From positions 30,352-88,713 of the forward strand of contig PLAI01000141.1 in NCBI GenBank assembly GCA_003134075.1: a stretch of 58,362 nt of DNA, written 5' to 3'. This document shows, piece after piece, positions 20,671 to 31,882 of this stretch. Position 1 is the first letter of the stretch. Every line of letters starts with the position of its first letter. The notes under the pieces are model-generated. The model was not told the DNA's origin. It did not search any database and was given only the letters and a program-made list of their open reading frames with translations. The position numbers were made by a program, and so were the translations under genes. This DNA is from Methylocystaceae bacterium. Lineage in GTDB: Bacteria; Pseudomonadota; Alphaproteobacteria; Rhizobiales; Beijerinckiaceae.

Positions 20671-21522
20671 TTAAAATCCGCTCGCCAGTTTCGTCATGTC
20701 TTCTTCGAGCGAAGCGGACCGTGCAAAGATGGCGCCGATCATCGCCTCCGCGGTGTCGCCGGCGGTTTTCCCCGGTTCGATCAACTTGGCGCGGTCCGTG
20801 CGCGGCGTCGGCGCGAAGACTTTCTTGACGATGGTCGGCGAGCCCTTGAGGCCGCACTTTGTCAAGTCGGCGATTTCGGCGTCCTTCGCGCTCCAGGTGA
20901 CGATCTGCGCGCGCGCGGCCCGCAAAGAATCGTCTATCGTGCCGCGCCGGACCTCGTTGGAGCCTTCCAGCATTGTGATGAGGCAGGGGAGCTTGGTCTT
21001 CAACACTTGCACGCCGCCTTCGGCGCGGCGCTCCAGAATAATCTCGCGCTTTTCGGGATCGCAGCTTTCGATCTTCGAGACGTAGGTCAGCTGAAGAATG
21101 TTGAGTCTCTTGGCGACGCCCGGCCCCACCTGCGCGGTGTCGCCGTCGATGGTCTGTTTGCCGGCGAATACAATGTCTTGATCGCCATAGACCTTCTCGA
21201 TCTTGCGGATCGCTTGCGATAGCGCGTAGGTCGTCGCGAGAGTGTCCGAGCCGGCGAAAGAGCGATCGGTCAACAATATCGCGCGGTCGGCGCCGATGGC
21301 CAGGGCTTTGCGCAGCGCTTCCGACGCCATTGGCGGCCCCATCGTCAAAACTGTCACTTCTCCGCCAAACTTGTCGCGAATCTTCAACGCCTCTTCCAGC
21401 GAGAAGAGGTCATACGGGTTGATGATGGTCGGCACGCCCTGGCGCATAATCGTGTTGGTCACCGGATGGACCCGGATTTGCGCGCTGTCGGGCACCTGCT
21501 TGATGCACACTAAAATTTTCAC
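20671..21522 (-). CDS. fixA: Electron transfer flavoprotein beta subunit FixA
   Basis: [38 protein letters not shown]. Confidence 0.95.
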   Translation of the reverse strand: MKILVCIKQVPDSAQIRVHPVTNTIMRQGVPTIINPYDLFSLEEALKIRDKFGGEVTVLTMGPPMASEALRKALAIGADRAILLTDRSFAGSDTLATTYALSQAIRKIEKVYGDQDIVFAGKQTIDGDTAQVGPGVAKRLNILQLTYVSKIESCDPEKREIILERRAEGGVQVLKTKLPCLITMLEGSNEVRRGTIDDSLRAARAQIVTWSAKDAEIADLTKCGLKGSPTIVKKVFAPTPRTDRAKLIEPGKTAGDTAEAMIGAIFARSASLEEDMTKLASGF

Positions 21523-21545
21523 GGCGGCTCTCCCTCTTCCCCGGG

Positions 21546-21890
21546 TTAGCTGTTGTCGGCGGTCGTTGTCGTGAGAACGCTCAACGGCACGAACGGAATT
21601 TTGGGCTCTTCCTTCGGCTTCACCGCGTCCTTGAGCACTTTGAAGACGCGTTGTTCGATGGGCGAGGACGCGACAAAATCCGTGTAGGCCTTAGCCAAAT
21701 GGGTCTTGCATGCGTCCTTCGCTTGCTCGTCCGAGGCGTCTCCCAGATCCGCGCTACGAAGATATTCGCCCATGCGCCGCAAGATATGGAGCCGCGCGAC
21801 GCGGATAACGGCGGGATCGTAGTCCACGCCGAGCACGTCGAAGAATTCCTCGGCGGAAGACAGTTTTCGCAAATCGTCAAGGATGGTCAT
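21546..21890 (-). CDS. nifW: Nitrogenase-stabilising protein NifW
   Basis: [29 protein letters not shown]. Confidence 0.92.
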   Translation of the reverse strand: MTILDDLRKLSSAEEFFDVLGVDYDPAVIRVARLHILRRMGEYLRSADLGDASDEQAKDACKTHLAKAYTDFVASSPIEQRVFKVLKDAVKPKEEPKIPFVPLSVLTTTTADNS

Positions 21891-22663
21891 CGTTCTGCGC
21901 TCCCATTCGTCTCGCGTACGAGCTTTGCTTCCGAGGCCGCGTTGCTCACCTTGAGCTGCAAGTGCGAAAAACGGGCTTCGAGGAAATCGATCCGGTCGAT
22001 GAGAGCGGCCATGGCGTCGCCGACGGGATCAGGAATCAGATGGTGCTCGAGGTCAATGCGGCCGTCCGCGCAGCCGCGGCGCCGTTCCTCGCGAACAATT
22101 CGTCCGGGGATTCCGACGACCGTCATTTCCGGCGGAACATCCTCGATGACGACGGAGTTGGCGCCAATCCGGGCGCGGGCTCCCACGGTGATTGGCCCCA
22201 GGATTTTGGCGCCGGCGCCGATCAAGACGCCGTCCTCCAACGTCGGATGCCTTTTGCCTGCGGCCCAGGACGTGCCGCCAAGAGTCACGCCGTGATACAT
22301 GGTGACGTCGTCGCCGACGATCGCCGTTTCTCCGATTACGACGCCCGCGCCATGGTCGATGAAGACGCGCTCGCCAATGGTCGCGCCGGGATGAATGTCG
22401 ATATTCGTCACAAGGCGCGCGAACCAGGAAACGAAGCGTCCGACAAACTTAAAGCCCGCGCGCCATAGCCGATGCGCGAATCGATGGAAGATCAGCGCAT
22501 GCACGCCGGGGTAAAGCAGCAAAACCTCGAGCATCCCGCGCGCCGCCGGGTCGCGTTGCGACACACAAGCGATATCGCCCCAGACGGTAGACAGCAGCTT
22601 CGCCCGCTTCTCATTGGCGCCAATGATCGGAGCCGACGACGCGTGCAGGGATATCTCGCTCAC
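21887..22663 (-). CDS. cysE: Serine O-acetyltransferase (nif-associated CysE/NifP)
   Basis: [32 protein letters not shown] hexapeptide repeats. Confidence 0.93.
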   Translation of the reverse strand: MSEISLHASSAPIIGANEKRAKLLSTVWGDIACVSQRDPAARGMLEVLLLYPGVHALIFHRFAHRLWRAGFKFVGRFVSWFARLVTNIDIHPGATIGERVFIDHGAGVVIGETAIVGDDVTMYHGVTLGGTSWAAGKRHPTLEDGVLIGAGAKILGPITVGARARIGANSVVIEDVPPEMTVVGIPGRIVREERRRGCADGRIDLEHHLIPDPVGDAMAALIDRIDFLEARFSHLQLKVSNAASEAKLVRETNGSAER

Positions 22664-23835
22664 GTGGCGCTCTCCAATTTGTCGGAAGATGAGAGATGCT
22701 TGCTCTCCTCGCGGGCGCGTTCGATGATGCGGCTGAATTCGAGCCGGCTAAGCGGGCCCTTTTTCACGCGCGTCCGGTTCTTGATGTGGTCGAGAGCGCG
22801 AACCGCCGCCGCGCGGTCCAATTCGACGCCAAACTCCGCGCTTTTACCCGTGACCGCAGCGAGGCCCGAATGCTTGGCTATGACGATCTTGTTGCGTCGT
22901 CCAAGAAAGGCCGGATCGATGCCTTGGTAGGTTCGAGCGTCCTTGAGCAGCGCCGCGACATGAATCCCGGATTCATGGGTAAAAATATCGGCGCCCACGA
23001 TGGCCTTCGCGCGGCCGATGTTGCGCCGCGCCGCGCGAGCGACGACCCGCGCCAGTGTCTGCAATTTCCTGGGGTCGACGTTGGTGCGACCGCGCGCGAC
23101 ATGACCAAGCGCCACGACGACTTCCTCAAGCGCGGCGTTGCCGGCGCGTTCGCCCAGTCCAAGCACCGTCACCGAAGCGTGCAGGGCGCCCGCGCGGATC
23201 GCCGCCAGCGTATTGGCGGTCGCCAGTCCCACGTCGTCGTGCCCGTGAAACTCTATTGGCAAGTCCGTTTCTTCCCGCACGCGCTTGATCGACTCATAGG
23301 CGCCGAACGGATCGAGAAGGCCCAGAGTGTCGGCGAAGCGAAAGCGCGTGGCGCCCTCTTGCGCGGCCGCGCGTGAAATCTTTCCGATGTCTCGAGGATC
23401 GGCGCGCGAGGAGTCCTCGCCGCCAAGAGCAACGGAAAGACCGCGAGAGATCGCATAGCCGACGACGCGTCGCACCCGTTCCGCCGCGCCATCGACGTCG
23501 ACGCCGAGCTTCACGCCAATCTGCAAGCGCGACATCGGAGAGGATATATTGACGTGGCTAACACCCGCGCGAAGGCTCGCATCCACATCGGCCTCGTTTG
23601 CCCGGCACCAGGCGCTGACCCGGCAGGGCAGCCCGTCCGAAGCGATTTCGCCGATGGCGTCGATTTCGTCCGGTCCCATCGCCGGCGTGCCAGCCTCGAT
23701 CTCATCCACCCCCGCCGCGGCGAGCGCTCGCGCTATCGCGAGCTTCTCACCTTTGGTGAAGGCTACGCCAGGCGCTTGTTCTCCATCGCGCAAGGTCGTG
23801 TCATTGATGAAGATGCGGGATTGATCCTCGCTCAC
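22660..23835 (-). CDS. nifV: Homocitrate synthase
   Basis: [42 protein letters not shown]; start (GTG) uncertain by a few codons. Confidence 0.93.
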   Translation of the reverse strand: MSEDQSRIFINDTTLRDGEQAPGVAFTKGEKLAIARALAAAGVDEIEAGTPAMGPDEIDAIGEIASDGLPCRVSAWCRANEADVDASLRAGVSHVNISSPMSRLQIGVKLGVDVDGAAERVRRVVGYAISRGLSVALGGEDSSRADPRDIGKISRAAAQEGATRFRFADTLGLLDPFGAYESIKRVREETDLPIEFHGHDDVGLATANTLAAIRAGALHASVTVLGLGERAGNAALEEVVVALGHVARGRTNVDPRKLQTLARVVARAARRNIGRAKAIVGADIFTHESGIHVAALLKDARTYQGIDPAFLGRRNKIVIAKHSGLAAVTGKSAEFGVELDRAAAVRALDHIKNRTRVKKGPLSRLEFSRIIERAREESKHLSSSDKLESAT

Positions 23836-23843
23836 GGCGCGCC

Positions 23844-25046
23844 TCAAGCGTAGACGGGTTTGAATTCTTTTCCGCTTTTGTCGGCATTCGACCAGAACGG
23901 AGACAGCTCCCGCAGCTTTTCGAGAATGCCAGGCATGACCTCGATGACCCTGTCGATATCCTCCGGGACATTGTCCCGTGACAACGAAAAGCGGATCGAG
24001 CCGTGCGCGGCCGTGAAGGGAATATTCATCGCGCGCAACACGTGAGACGGCTCGAGGGAGCCCGAGGTGCAGGCCGATCCGGACGAAGCGGCGATTCCCG
24101 CGCGCGTGAGGTGCAGCAATATCCCTTCGCCTTCGACATATTCGAAAGCGATATTGCAGGTGTTGGGCAGGCGGTCGTTCAGATCGCCGTTGACGAAGCA
24201 GTTGGGAATGCGCTGAAGCAGCGCGCCTTCCAACCGATCGCGCAATCCCTTCACGTGAGTCTGTTCGTCGGACATATGGAGAGCGGCGAGCTCCGCGGCC
24301 TTACCCAGGGCCACGACGCCCGGCGTATTTTCGGTGCCGGCGCGCCGTCCCCGCTCCTGGTGACCGCCGCGCAGCAGCGGCTTGAAGCGCGCGCCGCGTT
24401 TGACATAAAGCGCGCCAATCCCCTTGGGCGCATGCAGCTTGTGGCCCGACAGGGACAGCATGTCGATCGCGCTGTCCTTCAGCGAGATCGGAACCTTGCC
24501 AACCGCCTGGACCGCGTCCGTGTGAAACAGCGCGCCATGTTCCTTGGCGAGATCGGCGAGTCCTTCGATCGGGAAAATCGTGCCTGTTTCGTTGTTGGCC
24601 CACATCAGTGAGACAACCGCCACCTTGTCCGACAGCGCGGCGCGGTAGGCTTCAATGTCTATGCGGCCAAGCGCATCCACGCCGATATAATGAACCTTGG
24701 CGCGCCCGATTTTTTCGAGATGCTGACATAAAGCGAGCACGGCGGGGTGCTCGACCTTGCTCGTGATAATCTCGTTTCGATCCGGCAAAGCCTCCAGCGC
24801 CGAAAGGATCGCCGTGTTGTCGGCTTCCGTGCCGCCAGAAGTGTAGATGATCTCGTGATCATGCGCGGCGCCGAGCAGGGACTGCAACTGCGCGCGCGCT
24901 GTTTTCACCGCGGCGCCGACGCTGGCGCCAAACGCATGGATCGACGACGGATTTCCGAATTGCTCGGAAAAGAACGGCAGCATTGCTTCGACGACCAGAG
25001 GATCGACTCGCGTCGTTGCGTTATTATCGAGATAGACAGCGTTCAT
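23844..25046 (-). CDS. nifS: Cysteine desulfurase NifS
   Basis: [41 protein letters not shown]. Confidence 0.96.
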   Translation of the reverse strand: MNAVYLDNNATTRVDPLVVEAMLPFFSEQFGNPSSIHAFGASVGAAVKTARAQLQSLLGAAHDHEIIYTSGGTEADNTAILSALEALPDRNEIITSKVEHPAVLALCQHLEKIGRAKVHYIGVDALGRIDIEAYRAALSDKVAVVSLMWANNETGTIFPIEGLADLAKEHGALFHTDAVQAVGKVPISLKDSAIDMLSLSGHKLHAPKGIGALYVKRGARFKPLLRGGHQERGRRAGTENTPGVVALGKAAELAALHMSDEQTHVKGLRDRLEGALLQRIPNCFVNGDLNDRLPNTCNIAFEYVEGEGILLHLTRAGIAASSGSACTSGSLEPSHVLRAMNIPFTAAHGSIRFSLSRDNVPEDIDRVIEVMPGILEKLRELSPFWSNADKSGKEFKPVYA

Positions 25047-25069
25047 GCCACTCTCCTCCAAGCAAGTTT

Positions 25070-26044
25070 TCAGTGAGCGTTGCGACCGACCGGAACGACG
25101 CGGACGGTCGTGCCCAGCTTGGCGATCAGGCGCTCCTGGATCCCCGATATGGTCACGCTCGACATTTGACAGCCGACGCAGGCGCCCGAGAGGTTGACCA
25201 GAACATTGGAGCCGTCGACATCGACCAATTCGCAGTCGCCGCCATCCTTGCGAAGATAGGGGCGCAGCTCCTCGATGACCTCTTCGATCAGCCGGATCCT
25301 CTGCAAGTTCGTAAGGCCAGCGGATGGCGGCGGAATCGGAGACGACGGCTTGAGCGGGGAGATTTCAATCGGCGCCTGCTGAGCCTTGGCGGCCTTGGCC
25401 TTTTCCTTCAGCTTCTTTGGATCGGCCGCGCCGACGCGGTAGGCCTCGTGTTCGGCCAGTATGCCCTCGGCGACCAATTCCGCATTGGTTCGGGCGAGAA
25501 TTTCCTCGAGCTTGTCGAAGCAGGTCAGGCAGCCGCCGCCCGCCTTGGTGTAATCGGTCACTTGCTCGACGCTCGTGAGCTTGTTCATCTTGATGGCGCG
25601 TTCGATCAGGCCTTCGTCGACGCCAAAGCACTTGCAGACAAGCGCGCCCTCTTCATGGTCGTCCTTCCAGACTTCCCCGCGGAAATTGGCGACGGCGGAC
25701 TGCAGCGCTTCGTAGCCCATCACGGAGCAGTGCATTTTCTCCGGCGGCAAGCCGCCCAGAAAATCCGCTATATCCTGATTGGTGATCTTCAAGGCTTCGT
25801 CGAGTGTCTTGCCGATCACCAGTTCGGTCAGGGCCGAAGACGACGCGATCGCCGAACCGCAGCCGAATGTCTGGAATTTCGCTTCCAGAATGATCTGCGT
25901 TGTCGGATCGACGTTGAGCATCAGCTTGAGCGCGTCGCCGCAGGCGATCGCGCCGACCTCCCCGACCGCATTGGCCTCGCTCAACACGCCGGCGTTCTTC
26001 GGATTGAAGAAGTAATCCTTCACTTTATCGGTATAGTCCCACAT
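25070..26044 (-). CDS. nifU: Fe-S scaffold NifU (IscU + BFD-like + NFU domains)
   Basis: [26 protein letters not shown]...CLTC, GACVGC. Confidence 0.96.
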   Translation of the reverse strand: MWDYTDKVKDYFFNPKNAGVLSEANAVGEVGAIACGDALKLMLNVDPTTQIILEAKFQTFGCGSAIASSSALTELVIGKTLDEALKITNQDIADFLGGLPPEKMHCSVMGYEALQSAVANFRGEVWKDDHEEGALVCKCFGVDEGLIERAIKMNKLTSVEQVTDYTKAGGGCLTCFDKLEEILARTNAELVAEGILAEHEAYRVGAADPKKLKEKAKAAKAQQAPIEISPLKPSSPIPPPSAGLTNLQRIRLIEEVIEELRPYLRKDGGDCELVDVDGSNVLVNLSGACVGCQMSSVTISGIQERLIAKLGTTVRVVPVGRNAH

Positions 26045-26066
26045 CGCCGCGACTCCTGAAAAAGGC

Positions 26067-26387
26067 TCAACCGAAGGATTTGCCGCAAGAGCAGCTGGAT
26101 TTGGCTTGGGGATTATCGAAAGTGAAACCCGAGCCTTCGAGGCCGATCACGAAATCAACCTTGGCGCCGTCGAGATAAGCGAGGCTGCCCTCCTCGACAT
26201 AGACCTTCACGCCCTCGCGTTCGAACAGGACGTCGCTTGGGTTCGCCTCGCTGACGAGGCCCATCATATACTTGAAGCCCGCGCAGCCGCCGGCCTCGAC
26301 CATTATGCGCAGGCCCTCGACGTCCGGTCCCGCGCCGGCGATCGCCGTACGCACCGCGCTTAAGGCGCTGTCGGTAAGCTGTATCAT
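26067..26387 (-). CDS. iscA: HesB/IscA-family Fe-S carrier (IscA-nif)
   Basis: [27 protein letters not shown]. Confidence 0.9.
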   Translation of the reverse strand: MIQLTDSALSAVRTAIAGAGPDVEGLRIMVEAGGCAGFKYMMGLVSEANPSDVLFEREGVKVYVEEGSLAYLDGAKVDFVIGLEGSGFTFDNPQAKSSCSCGKSFG

Positions 26388-26426
26388 GAGCTGCTCCCGC
26401 GATATGAGTGATCTCACCCTTCGTGT

Positions 26427-26442
26427 AGCAACCCCCGTGCCA
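26427..26442 (-). promoter_or_regulatory. sigma54 promoter of the iscA-nifUSV-cysE-nifW-fixABCX operon
   Basis: Minus strand TGGCACGGGGGTTGCT, canonical. Confidence 0.9.
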
Positions 26443-26486
26443 CTAAGAACATGGCTTGATTACAATGCATTAAGCAATGGTGACCC

Positions 26487-26519
26487 TGTGTGCAAGGCAA
26501 CAATGTACAGAGTCGTACA
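26487..26519. promoter_or_regulatory. Two tandem NifA upstream activator sequences
   Basis: TGT-GTGCAAGGCA-ACA (26487-26502) and TGT-ACAGAGTCGT-ACA (26504-26519). Confidence 0.75.
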
Positions 26520-26587
26520 AAAGGTTCCGAATGGTCCGCCGACGATCGTGCGAGGGTGGTCGAGCGGGGGCTTGTCGGAAAGGAGTT

Positions 26588-27241
26588 TTAATCTTTTGCG
26601 CGGAACGAATCGGGGGGCGCAAGGCGACTGGCGCCTGTCTCCTCGCCAAAGCAGCCGGTATAATCGGAACATTCGGCGCAGCTTGGCGCCGCGCAGAGAG
26701 AAAAGCCTTCCATTTCGCACAGGCAACGATAAAAAAACTTCTTCCATTTCATATTTTGCGTATTGCGAGCGGCGAGCGCTGGAAAGCGTTCCCGCATCAA
26801 ACGATTCAGATCGCCGCGCGTGGAGAGTCCGAGATCTTGCCAGAGATGGTTCGGCGACATGCAGCGACGCGCCAGCATGGAGACGAGCCAGCCGGTTTCG
26901 AGCGAATCGTCGACGCGATAGCGATCGAACAAAGCGCGAAGCTGCTCTTCCTCTTCGTCGAACTCAATTACCGAGGGTTGCGCCTCCAGCGCGACGGCGA
27001 TCGACGAAGGGTAGGTAGTTACAAGAGCATCGAGGTCGGCGGAGCGCAAACCCAGGGTTTCGCCGATAGTGGCGCCTGAGGCGATCGCTTCCTGCGCTGC
27101 TAGGGTGACCAGACAGGCGAAGACATGGACGGAGAACGGGTCGCGGGGCGCGGTCGGCGCGGCTTCCCAATTCCCGCTCGCCAACGCGCCGGCGACGAGC
27201 GTATCTTTGTCAGTTCCGCGATTTTCCCCAGCCCAATCCAT
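26588..27241 (-). CDS. nifQ: Molybdenum donor NifQ
   Basis: NHLWQDLGL, NTQNMKWKKFFYRCLC, CAAPSCAEC..C. Confidence 0.93.
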   Translation of the reverse strand: MDWAGENRGTDKDTLVAGALASGNWEAAPTAPRDPFSVHVFACLVTLAAQEAIASGATIGETLGLRSADLDALVTTYPSSIAVALEAQPSVIEFDEEEEQLRALFDRYRVDDSLETGWLVSMLARRCMSPNHLWQDLGLSTRGDLNRLMRERFPALAARNTQNMKWKKFFYRCLCEMEGFSLCAAPSCAECSDYTGCFGEETGASRLAPPDSFRAKD

Positions 27242-27247
27242 TGCGCG

Positions 27248-27568
27248 TCACGCCGCGAGTTCGCCCGCCGGAACATGCGTCTGACAATTCTTTGGACACA
27301 CGCGTGAACAGGCGTTGCAGCCGATGCAAGATCCGGGATGTTCGACCTTCATGATCTTGCGGTTGAGTTCGCCATCGAAGTCGTCCTCGTCGTCATCGGT
27401 GACGATTCCCAAAATTTCCCCCGTGTCATCGACGCCATAGAGGGCCATCACATTTTGCGGACACACCTTGAAACAGCGGCCGCAGCCGATGCAGGTCTCG
27501 CCGTTGATGTCGGTGAGATAGAGTGGCGTGTAGTCTGAACCATCCCTCGTTTTGAAAGCGCTCATCAC
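27248..27568 (-). CDS. fdxB: Ferredoxin III, nif-specific 2x[4Fe-4S]
   Basis: CIGCGRCFKVCP and CIGCNACSRVCPKNC. Confidence 0.88.
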   Translation of the reverse strand: MMSAFKTRDGSDYTPLYLTDINGETCIGCGRCFKVCPQNVMALYGVDDTGEILGIVTDDDEDDFDGELNRKIMKVEHPGSCIGCNACSRVCPKNCQTHVPAGELAA

Positions 27569-27765
27569 GCGACCTCCAATTCCTTGAGCTTCTTGCGCGC
27601 GGCTTCCAGAGCGGCGTAGGCGTCATGGGTTTCCTGCGCGAGCGGCAGGATCATGTGCCAGTTGATCGGCAGCTCCTCGGAGAGATCATGAAGATTCATC
27701 TTCATGTTCATCGCCTTCGCGGACAACTTCTTGATTTCGGCCTTTACTTCGTCGATGGAGCTCAT
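27565..27765 (-). CDS. CCE_0567/Rop-like nif-associated small protein
   Basis: KMNLHDLSEELPINW motif; typical position after DUF269. Confidence 0.82.
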   Translation of the reverse strand: MSSIDEVKAEIKKLSAKAMNMKMNLHDLSEELPINWHMILPLAQETHDAYAALEAARKKLKELEVA

Positions 27766-27776
27766 GGTCGCGTCTT

Positions 27777-28244
27777 TCAGTAGTTTGCGACTTCAGGGAA
27801 TTTTCGAATCATCTCGATTCCCGCGTCGACGTATTTCGTGCCCTCGGCGGCAAGTTTCTCCAGAGTTTCGAAGCCGAAGCGATGAACGTCCCGCAACTGC
27901 TTGTTGACGACGATGAGACGCCCGCCGATGAGAATCTGCCGACCGAAACCTTCGTGGCTCATTTTCATCATGGGCTGCACCATGACGCCTGTCGCGCCCT
28001 CAATGGCCAGCGCGACGGCGTTGAAGAACAGCTCGAGCCGCCACAATATCTCGGGGTCGGGGTCTCCGATGATCGGCAGAAGCTTGCGCGCTTCCTTATC
28101 GATGATGTAGGGAGCGATAAGATCGAGATCTTTCTTTTTCTCCCAGGTTCCATGCGTGTCTTGCGCGCGCCATTGCTTGATCAGCTCCTTGATGAAGGGA
28201 CTTTCCTCCGCGCGGGTCTCGCTGATCGTCGCTGCCTCAACCAT
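27777..28244 (-). CDS. NifX-associated protein (DUF269)
   Basis: [35 protein letters not shown]. Confidence 0.9.
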   Translation of the reverse strand: MVEAATISETRAEESPFIKELIKQWRAQDTHGTWEKKKDLDLIAPYIIDKEARKLLPIIGDPDPEILWRLELFFNAVALAIEGATGVMVQPMMKMSHEGFGRQILIGGRLIVVNKQLRDVHRFGFETLEKLAAEGTKYVDAGIEMIRKFPEVANY

Positions 28245-28647
28245 TTGCCGTTTCCTCTTCGAATTCGAATGTGCGCTCTTGATTTTTAGAGAGAATCTTG
28301 CGCAGCCACGGCGGCGGAACGCCGTTCAGCACGACCTTGAGCTTCTCCAGCAGATCGACGATCTTCTCGGGCTGCTGAACCTTCATCGGAAAGATATTGC
28401 TCGCGACGACACGCGCCGCTCCCGAACCGCCAATCGCCGCGACATATAAAATCGAACAGTCCTTGATCGCCTCGAGCTTTGGAAGGAGCTTGTCTTCGTT
28501 GCCGTCTTCCTGAAGGTCTCCAGAGAATTGGACCGCTTCGACAAAGTCGTAGCCTTCGGCCGTGAGCTCATATATCGCGATGTTTTTGGCCCAGCCGAAA
28601 TGCGCGTCGCATCTCTCAAGATCCTGTGTGGCGAATGCAACTTTCAT
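28237..28647 (-). CDS. nifX: FeMo-co precursor carrier NifX
   Basis: [34 protein letters not shown]. Confidence 0.93.
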   Translation of the reverse strand: MKVAFATQDLERCDAHFGWAKNIAIYELTAEGYDFVEAVQFSGDLQEDGNEDKLLPKLEAIKDCSILYVAAIGGSGAARVVASNIFPMKVQQPEKIVDLLEKLKVVLNGVPPPWLRKILSKNQERTFEFEEETANG

Positions 28648-28663
28648 GCTGCCTCCTTCGTCG

Positions 28664-30064
28664 TCAGACGATTGTTTCGATCTGGACGAGCTGATTACTC
28701 TGAGCCGCGGCGCCGGCATGGGCATGGTCTTGGAAGTCCTGGCGCCAAGTTTCCGCGTCGGGCTCGTGAGTCCGAGCGATGAAGATATTGCCGATCGCGA
28801 ATATCAGGTTTCGCGTCCCGCGATATCCCACAGAAACCTCCTGGGCGGCGCCCAGACGATCGAAGGTCGGCAAGCCCAGTCGAAACAGCGGCACGCCCAA
28901 CCGCTCCGAGGCCTGTCGTCCATGGGAATGCGTGATGATGAGGTCTGAGCCCTCGGCGCGCTGCTCCAAATCCTCGAGATCCCCGATCAAGACCTCCTCG
29001 GCGGGAAATTTTGCGAGCAGCGGCGATTTGGTCGTCGTTACGGCGCCAATGATTTCCGCGCCCATTTCCGCGAGAAAAGAACCCACGCTCCACAGGAGGT
29101 CCGGCTCCGCGCCAATGGCGATGCGCTTGCCGCCGAAATGAAAATGTCCATCGAGCATCGAATCGACGAGTTGTCCGCGCAGTCGGCGAATCTTGAGAGG
29201 AACCGGCCGCCCGCTGATCTTTGACAGAAAGGCGACAAAGTCGTCATTAACGCCAAGGCCAGTCAAGCGGTCGAACAGAGCGAAAGGAACGCCTGCCCGC
29301 GCCTCCAACGCTACGGCCGCGTCGCGCATCTGTTCGCCGATCGCCAGGGTCCATCCGGCCGTTCCCATCCGAGCGATGTCGGCTTTTGTCACGCCGCCGA
29401 GCGTCGTCGGCGTGAAGTCCTCGGGAATGTGGCCGTCGAGAGAGCCGGAGAGATCTGGAAGAAAGGTGGGCTCCAGGCCGAAGCATTCGATAATGTCGCG
29501 CAACTCGTCGATGTCGCCGGGCGTGAGATGGCAGCCCGCCAGGACATTTACGCGCGCGGGCGCGCGCTGAGGCGACTCTTCGTATCGGGGAACAAACTCC
29601 TCGATGATCTTCGTAACGGTCTTGCCGAAGCCGTCCTGGAATGCGTCCTTGAAGTCCGGCGTCGACACATAAACAATCCCAAGATCCGCAAGCTCGGGGC
29701 GGCGCTGACGCATGGACTTGAGGTAGCCATCCACATCGTCGCCCTTGGTCTCGGTGACGCCGGTCGAGCAAATTCCAATGACCTCGGGATTTGCGCGTTT
29801 GACGATATTGAGAATGGATTGTTCGATATTGTCCAGGCCGCCGAGAATCGTCGCCACTTCATTCATGGCAGTGGTCTGTAGTGGGATCGCTTCGCGAAAA
29901 TGCCGCACGAACAACACTAGACCGAACGAGGTGCAACCTTGAGAACCATGCAGCACCGGCATGCAGTTCGAAACGCCCATGAAGGCCAGCGCGCCGCCGA
30001 TGGGCTGACTCATTTTGAGCGGATTGACCGCGCAGGATTTTTTGGAGTGCTTTACGAGCGCCAT
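28664..30064 (-). CDS. nifN: FeMo-co scaffold subunit NifN
   Basis: NPLKMSQPIGG, HGSQGCTSF, HFREAIPLQTTAM. Confidence 0.96.
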   Translation of the reverse strand: MALVKHSKKSCAVNPLKMSQPIGGALAFMGVSNCMPVLHGSQGCTSFGLVLFVRHFREAIPLQTTAMNEVATILGGLDNIEQSILNIVKRANPEVIGICSTGVTETKGDDVDGYLKSMRQRRPELADLGIVYVSTPDFKDAFQDGFGKTVTKIIEEFVPRYEESPQRAPARVNVLAGCHLTPGDIDELRDIIECFGLEPTFLPDLSGSLDGHIPEDFTPTTLGGVTKADIARMGTAGWTLAIGEQMRDAAVALEARAGVPFALFDRLTGLGVNDDFVAFLSKISGRPVPLKIRRLRGQLVDSMLDGHFHFGGKRIAIGAEPDLLWSVGSFLAEMGAEIIGAVTTTKSPLLAKFPAEEVLIGDLEDLEQRAEGSDLIITHSHGRQASERLGVPLFRLGLPTFDRLGAAQEVSVGYRGTRNLIFAIGNIFIARTHEPDAETWRQDFQDHAHAGAAAQSNQLVQIETIV

Positions 30065-30072
30065 TGTTTGCC

Positions 30073-31743
30073 TCACGCCGCTTTCGAAGCAGGAATGGCG
30101 CCAGCGCTGCTCATCGCATCCAGAATTTCGGCGATTTTTCCTTGGCAGCCGCCGCAACCCGTTCCAGCGTGGGTCGCGCCGCCAATGGCCTCGACGCTTC
30201 CAAGCCCGTCCGCGCGAAGCGCGTCTTCAATCGCGCCGACATTCACGTTGTGGCACGAGCAAACTTTTTTCGCGCGCCGGGCTTCCTCGGCGCGCTCGGG
30301 GTCGGCGACCAGAGCCGCCGCCTCCGCTTCAAGAGCCTTCGTGGCGCGCTCTTCCCAACTCGTCTCTTCCCAGGGCGCCGGCAGACGAACTTGAGCCCAA
30401 ACAGGATTGTAGAGCGCCTTGTCGATTTCCTCGACCAACTCCACCATGCCCTCGTATCCGGCATACGCGTGATGGCGCTCCTGATTGATGTCGAGCCAGG
30501 GCATCTTGGCCTTGAGCGCGATGAACTGCGAACGTCCACCCGACAGCATGATATCGGCGCGCGCTTCCTTGAGCATTTTATACATTTCGCGCGGCGTCAT
30601 ATCGTCGATCATATGGGCGTCTTGTCCCATCAGCTCCTTGATCTTTTCCTTGTCTTCCTTTGTCGACTTCTTGACGCTGGTCCCCGCGATTTCGAGGCCG
30701 GCCTCTTGAAGCGCGGCCACGACGGACCACGACTTGACGCCGCCGGTGATGAGTAGCACGCGCTTGCCGGTGAGGCGCTCCTTAAAAGGAGCGATACGCG
30801 CCCAGGCGCGCGCTTCCTCGCGGGCGATGACCGCCTCCGTGCGCTCCATCAGCTCGGCCGGCGCGCCGCGCTCGATCAGCAGCCGCGCGATTTCGCGCAG
30901 ACTGTCGCTCATGTCGCCGATGCCGTAGAACGATCCTTCGAAGAACGGGATGCCGTAGCGCTCCTCCATCTTGCGGGCGACATTGATCATCGCCTTGGAG
31001 CAAACCATCATCGCGGCTTTGGCACGGTGCGAAGACGCCACTTCGTGATATTTGGCGTCGCCCGATATGCAGGACAGAATGCGGATTCCGAGTTCATCGA
31101 GCAGGGGCTTCACCTGCCACAATTCGCCGGCGAGGTTATATTCCCCGATAATGTTAATGTCGTAAGGCGTCGTATATTGGGGCTCGACCGTGCCAATCAC
31201 ATGGTCAAGGATCGCCTCTCCCGCGAGCTTGTTGCCGAGATTCTTGGGGCCGACGAAACCTGGCGAAATCACCGGGATGATCGGCTTGCCGAATTTGGCG
31301 CTCGCGGCCTTGCATACGGCGCCGATGTCGTCACCGGTCATCGCGGGAACGCAAGTCTGATAAACAAAGACCGCCGGCGGATCGTATTTATCGAGAATTT
31401 CCTTGATCGATTTATAGAGACGCTTTTCGCCGCCGAAAATGACGTCGTTTTCGTTCATATCGGTCGTGAAGCCGGTGCGATAAAGGCGGGAGCTGGAGGA
31501 TTTGGCGCCGCGATTGTCCCAGCTATTTCCTTCGCAGGCGATCGGACCATGCACGAGATGCGCGACATCGGTGATCGGCTGCAAGGCGATCTTCGCTCCG
31601 TCGAACGCGCAACCTCCGGCGGCGGCGCCCGGCGCGAGCTGCTTGGTGCAACCCTTCTTGCGTTCCTTCTCGGATTTGCCCTGATTCTTATCGCAACCCG
31701 GCTCGTTGAATACGTCCTGGATCTTATTCGCCAGACTGGTCAT
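30073..31743 (-). CDS. nifE: FeMo-co scaffold subunit NifE with a C-terminal BFD-like [2Fe-2S] extension
   Basis: GGCAFDGA, HGPIAC, GEYNLAGE, GGVKSWS, INQERHH; tail CSC-x32-CGGC. Confidence 0.96.
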   Translation of the reverse strand: MTSLANKIQDVFNEPGCDKNQGKSEKERKKGCTKQLAPGAAAGGCAFDGAKIALQPITDVAHLVHGPIACEGNSWDNRGAKSSSSRLYRTGFTTDMNENDVIFGGEKRLYKSIKEILDKYDPPAVFVYQTCVPAMTGDDIGAVCKAASAKFGKPIIPVISPGFVGPKNLGNKLAGEAILDHVIGTVEPQYTTPYDINIIGEYNLAGELWQVKPLLDELGIRILSCISGDAKYHEVASSHRAKAAMMVCSKAMINVARKMEERYGIPFFEGSFYGIGDMSDSLREIARLLIERGAPAELMERTEAVIAREEARAWARIAPFKERLTGKRVLLITGGVKSWSVVAALQEAGLEIAGTSVKKSTKEDKEKIKELMGQDAHMIDDMTPREMYKMLKEARADIMLSGGRSQFIALKAKMPWLDINQERHHAYAGYEGMVELVEEIDKALYNPVWAQVRLPAPWEETSWEERATKALEAEAAALVADPERAEEARRAKKVCSCHNVNVGAIEDALRADGLGSVEAIGGATHAGTGCGGCQGKIAEILDAMSSAGAIPASKAA

Positions 31744-31844
31744 TGTAGCCTCCTGCTAGGCCACCGCTTCCCACAAAGGCGCATAATCGCGCCCGCGCAG
31801 CGGTCGACCGGGACGACGTGGCTAATATCAGGGCTCTTCGGGAG

Positions 31845-31869
31845 ATCTCCGGGGACGGCCCCCGGAGAT
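31845..31869 (-). terminator. Stem-loop between nifK and nifE (attenuator or mRNA-stabilising element)
   Basis: ATCTCCGGGG / CCCCGGAGAT 10-bp perfect stem with a 5-nt loop. Confidence 0.55.
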
Positions 31870-31882
31870 TTTAATCTCGTTG

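Noticed and set aside
31780-31795. Possible internal sigma54 promoter for nifE
   Set aside because: Only GG-N10-GC with poor flanks (CGGGCG...TATGC); background-level match
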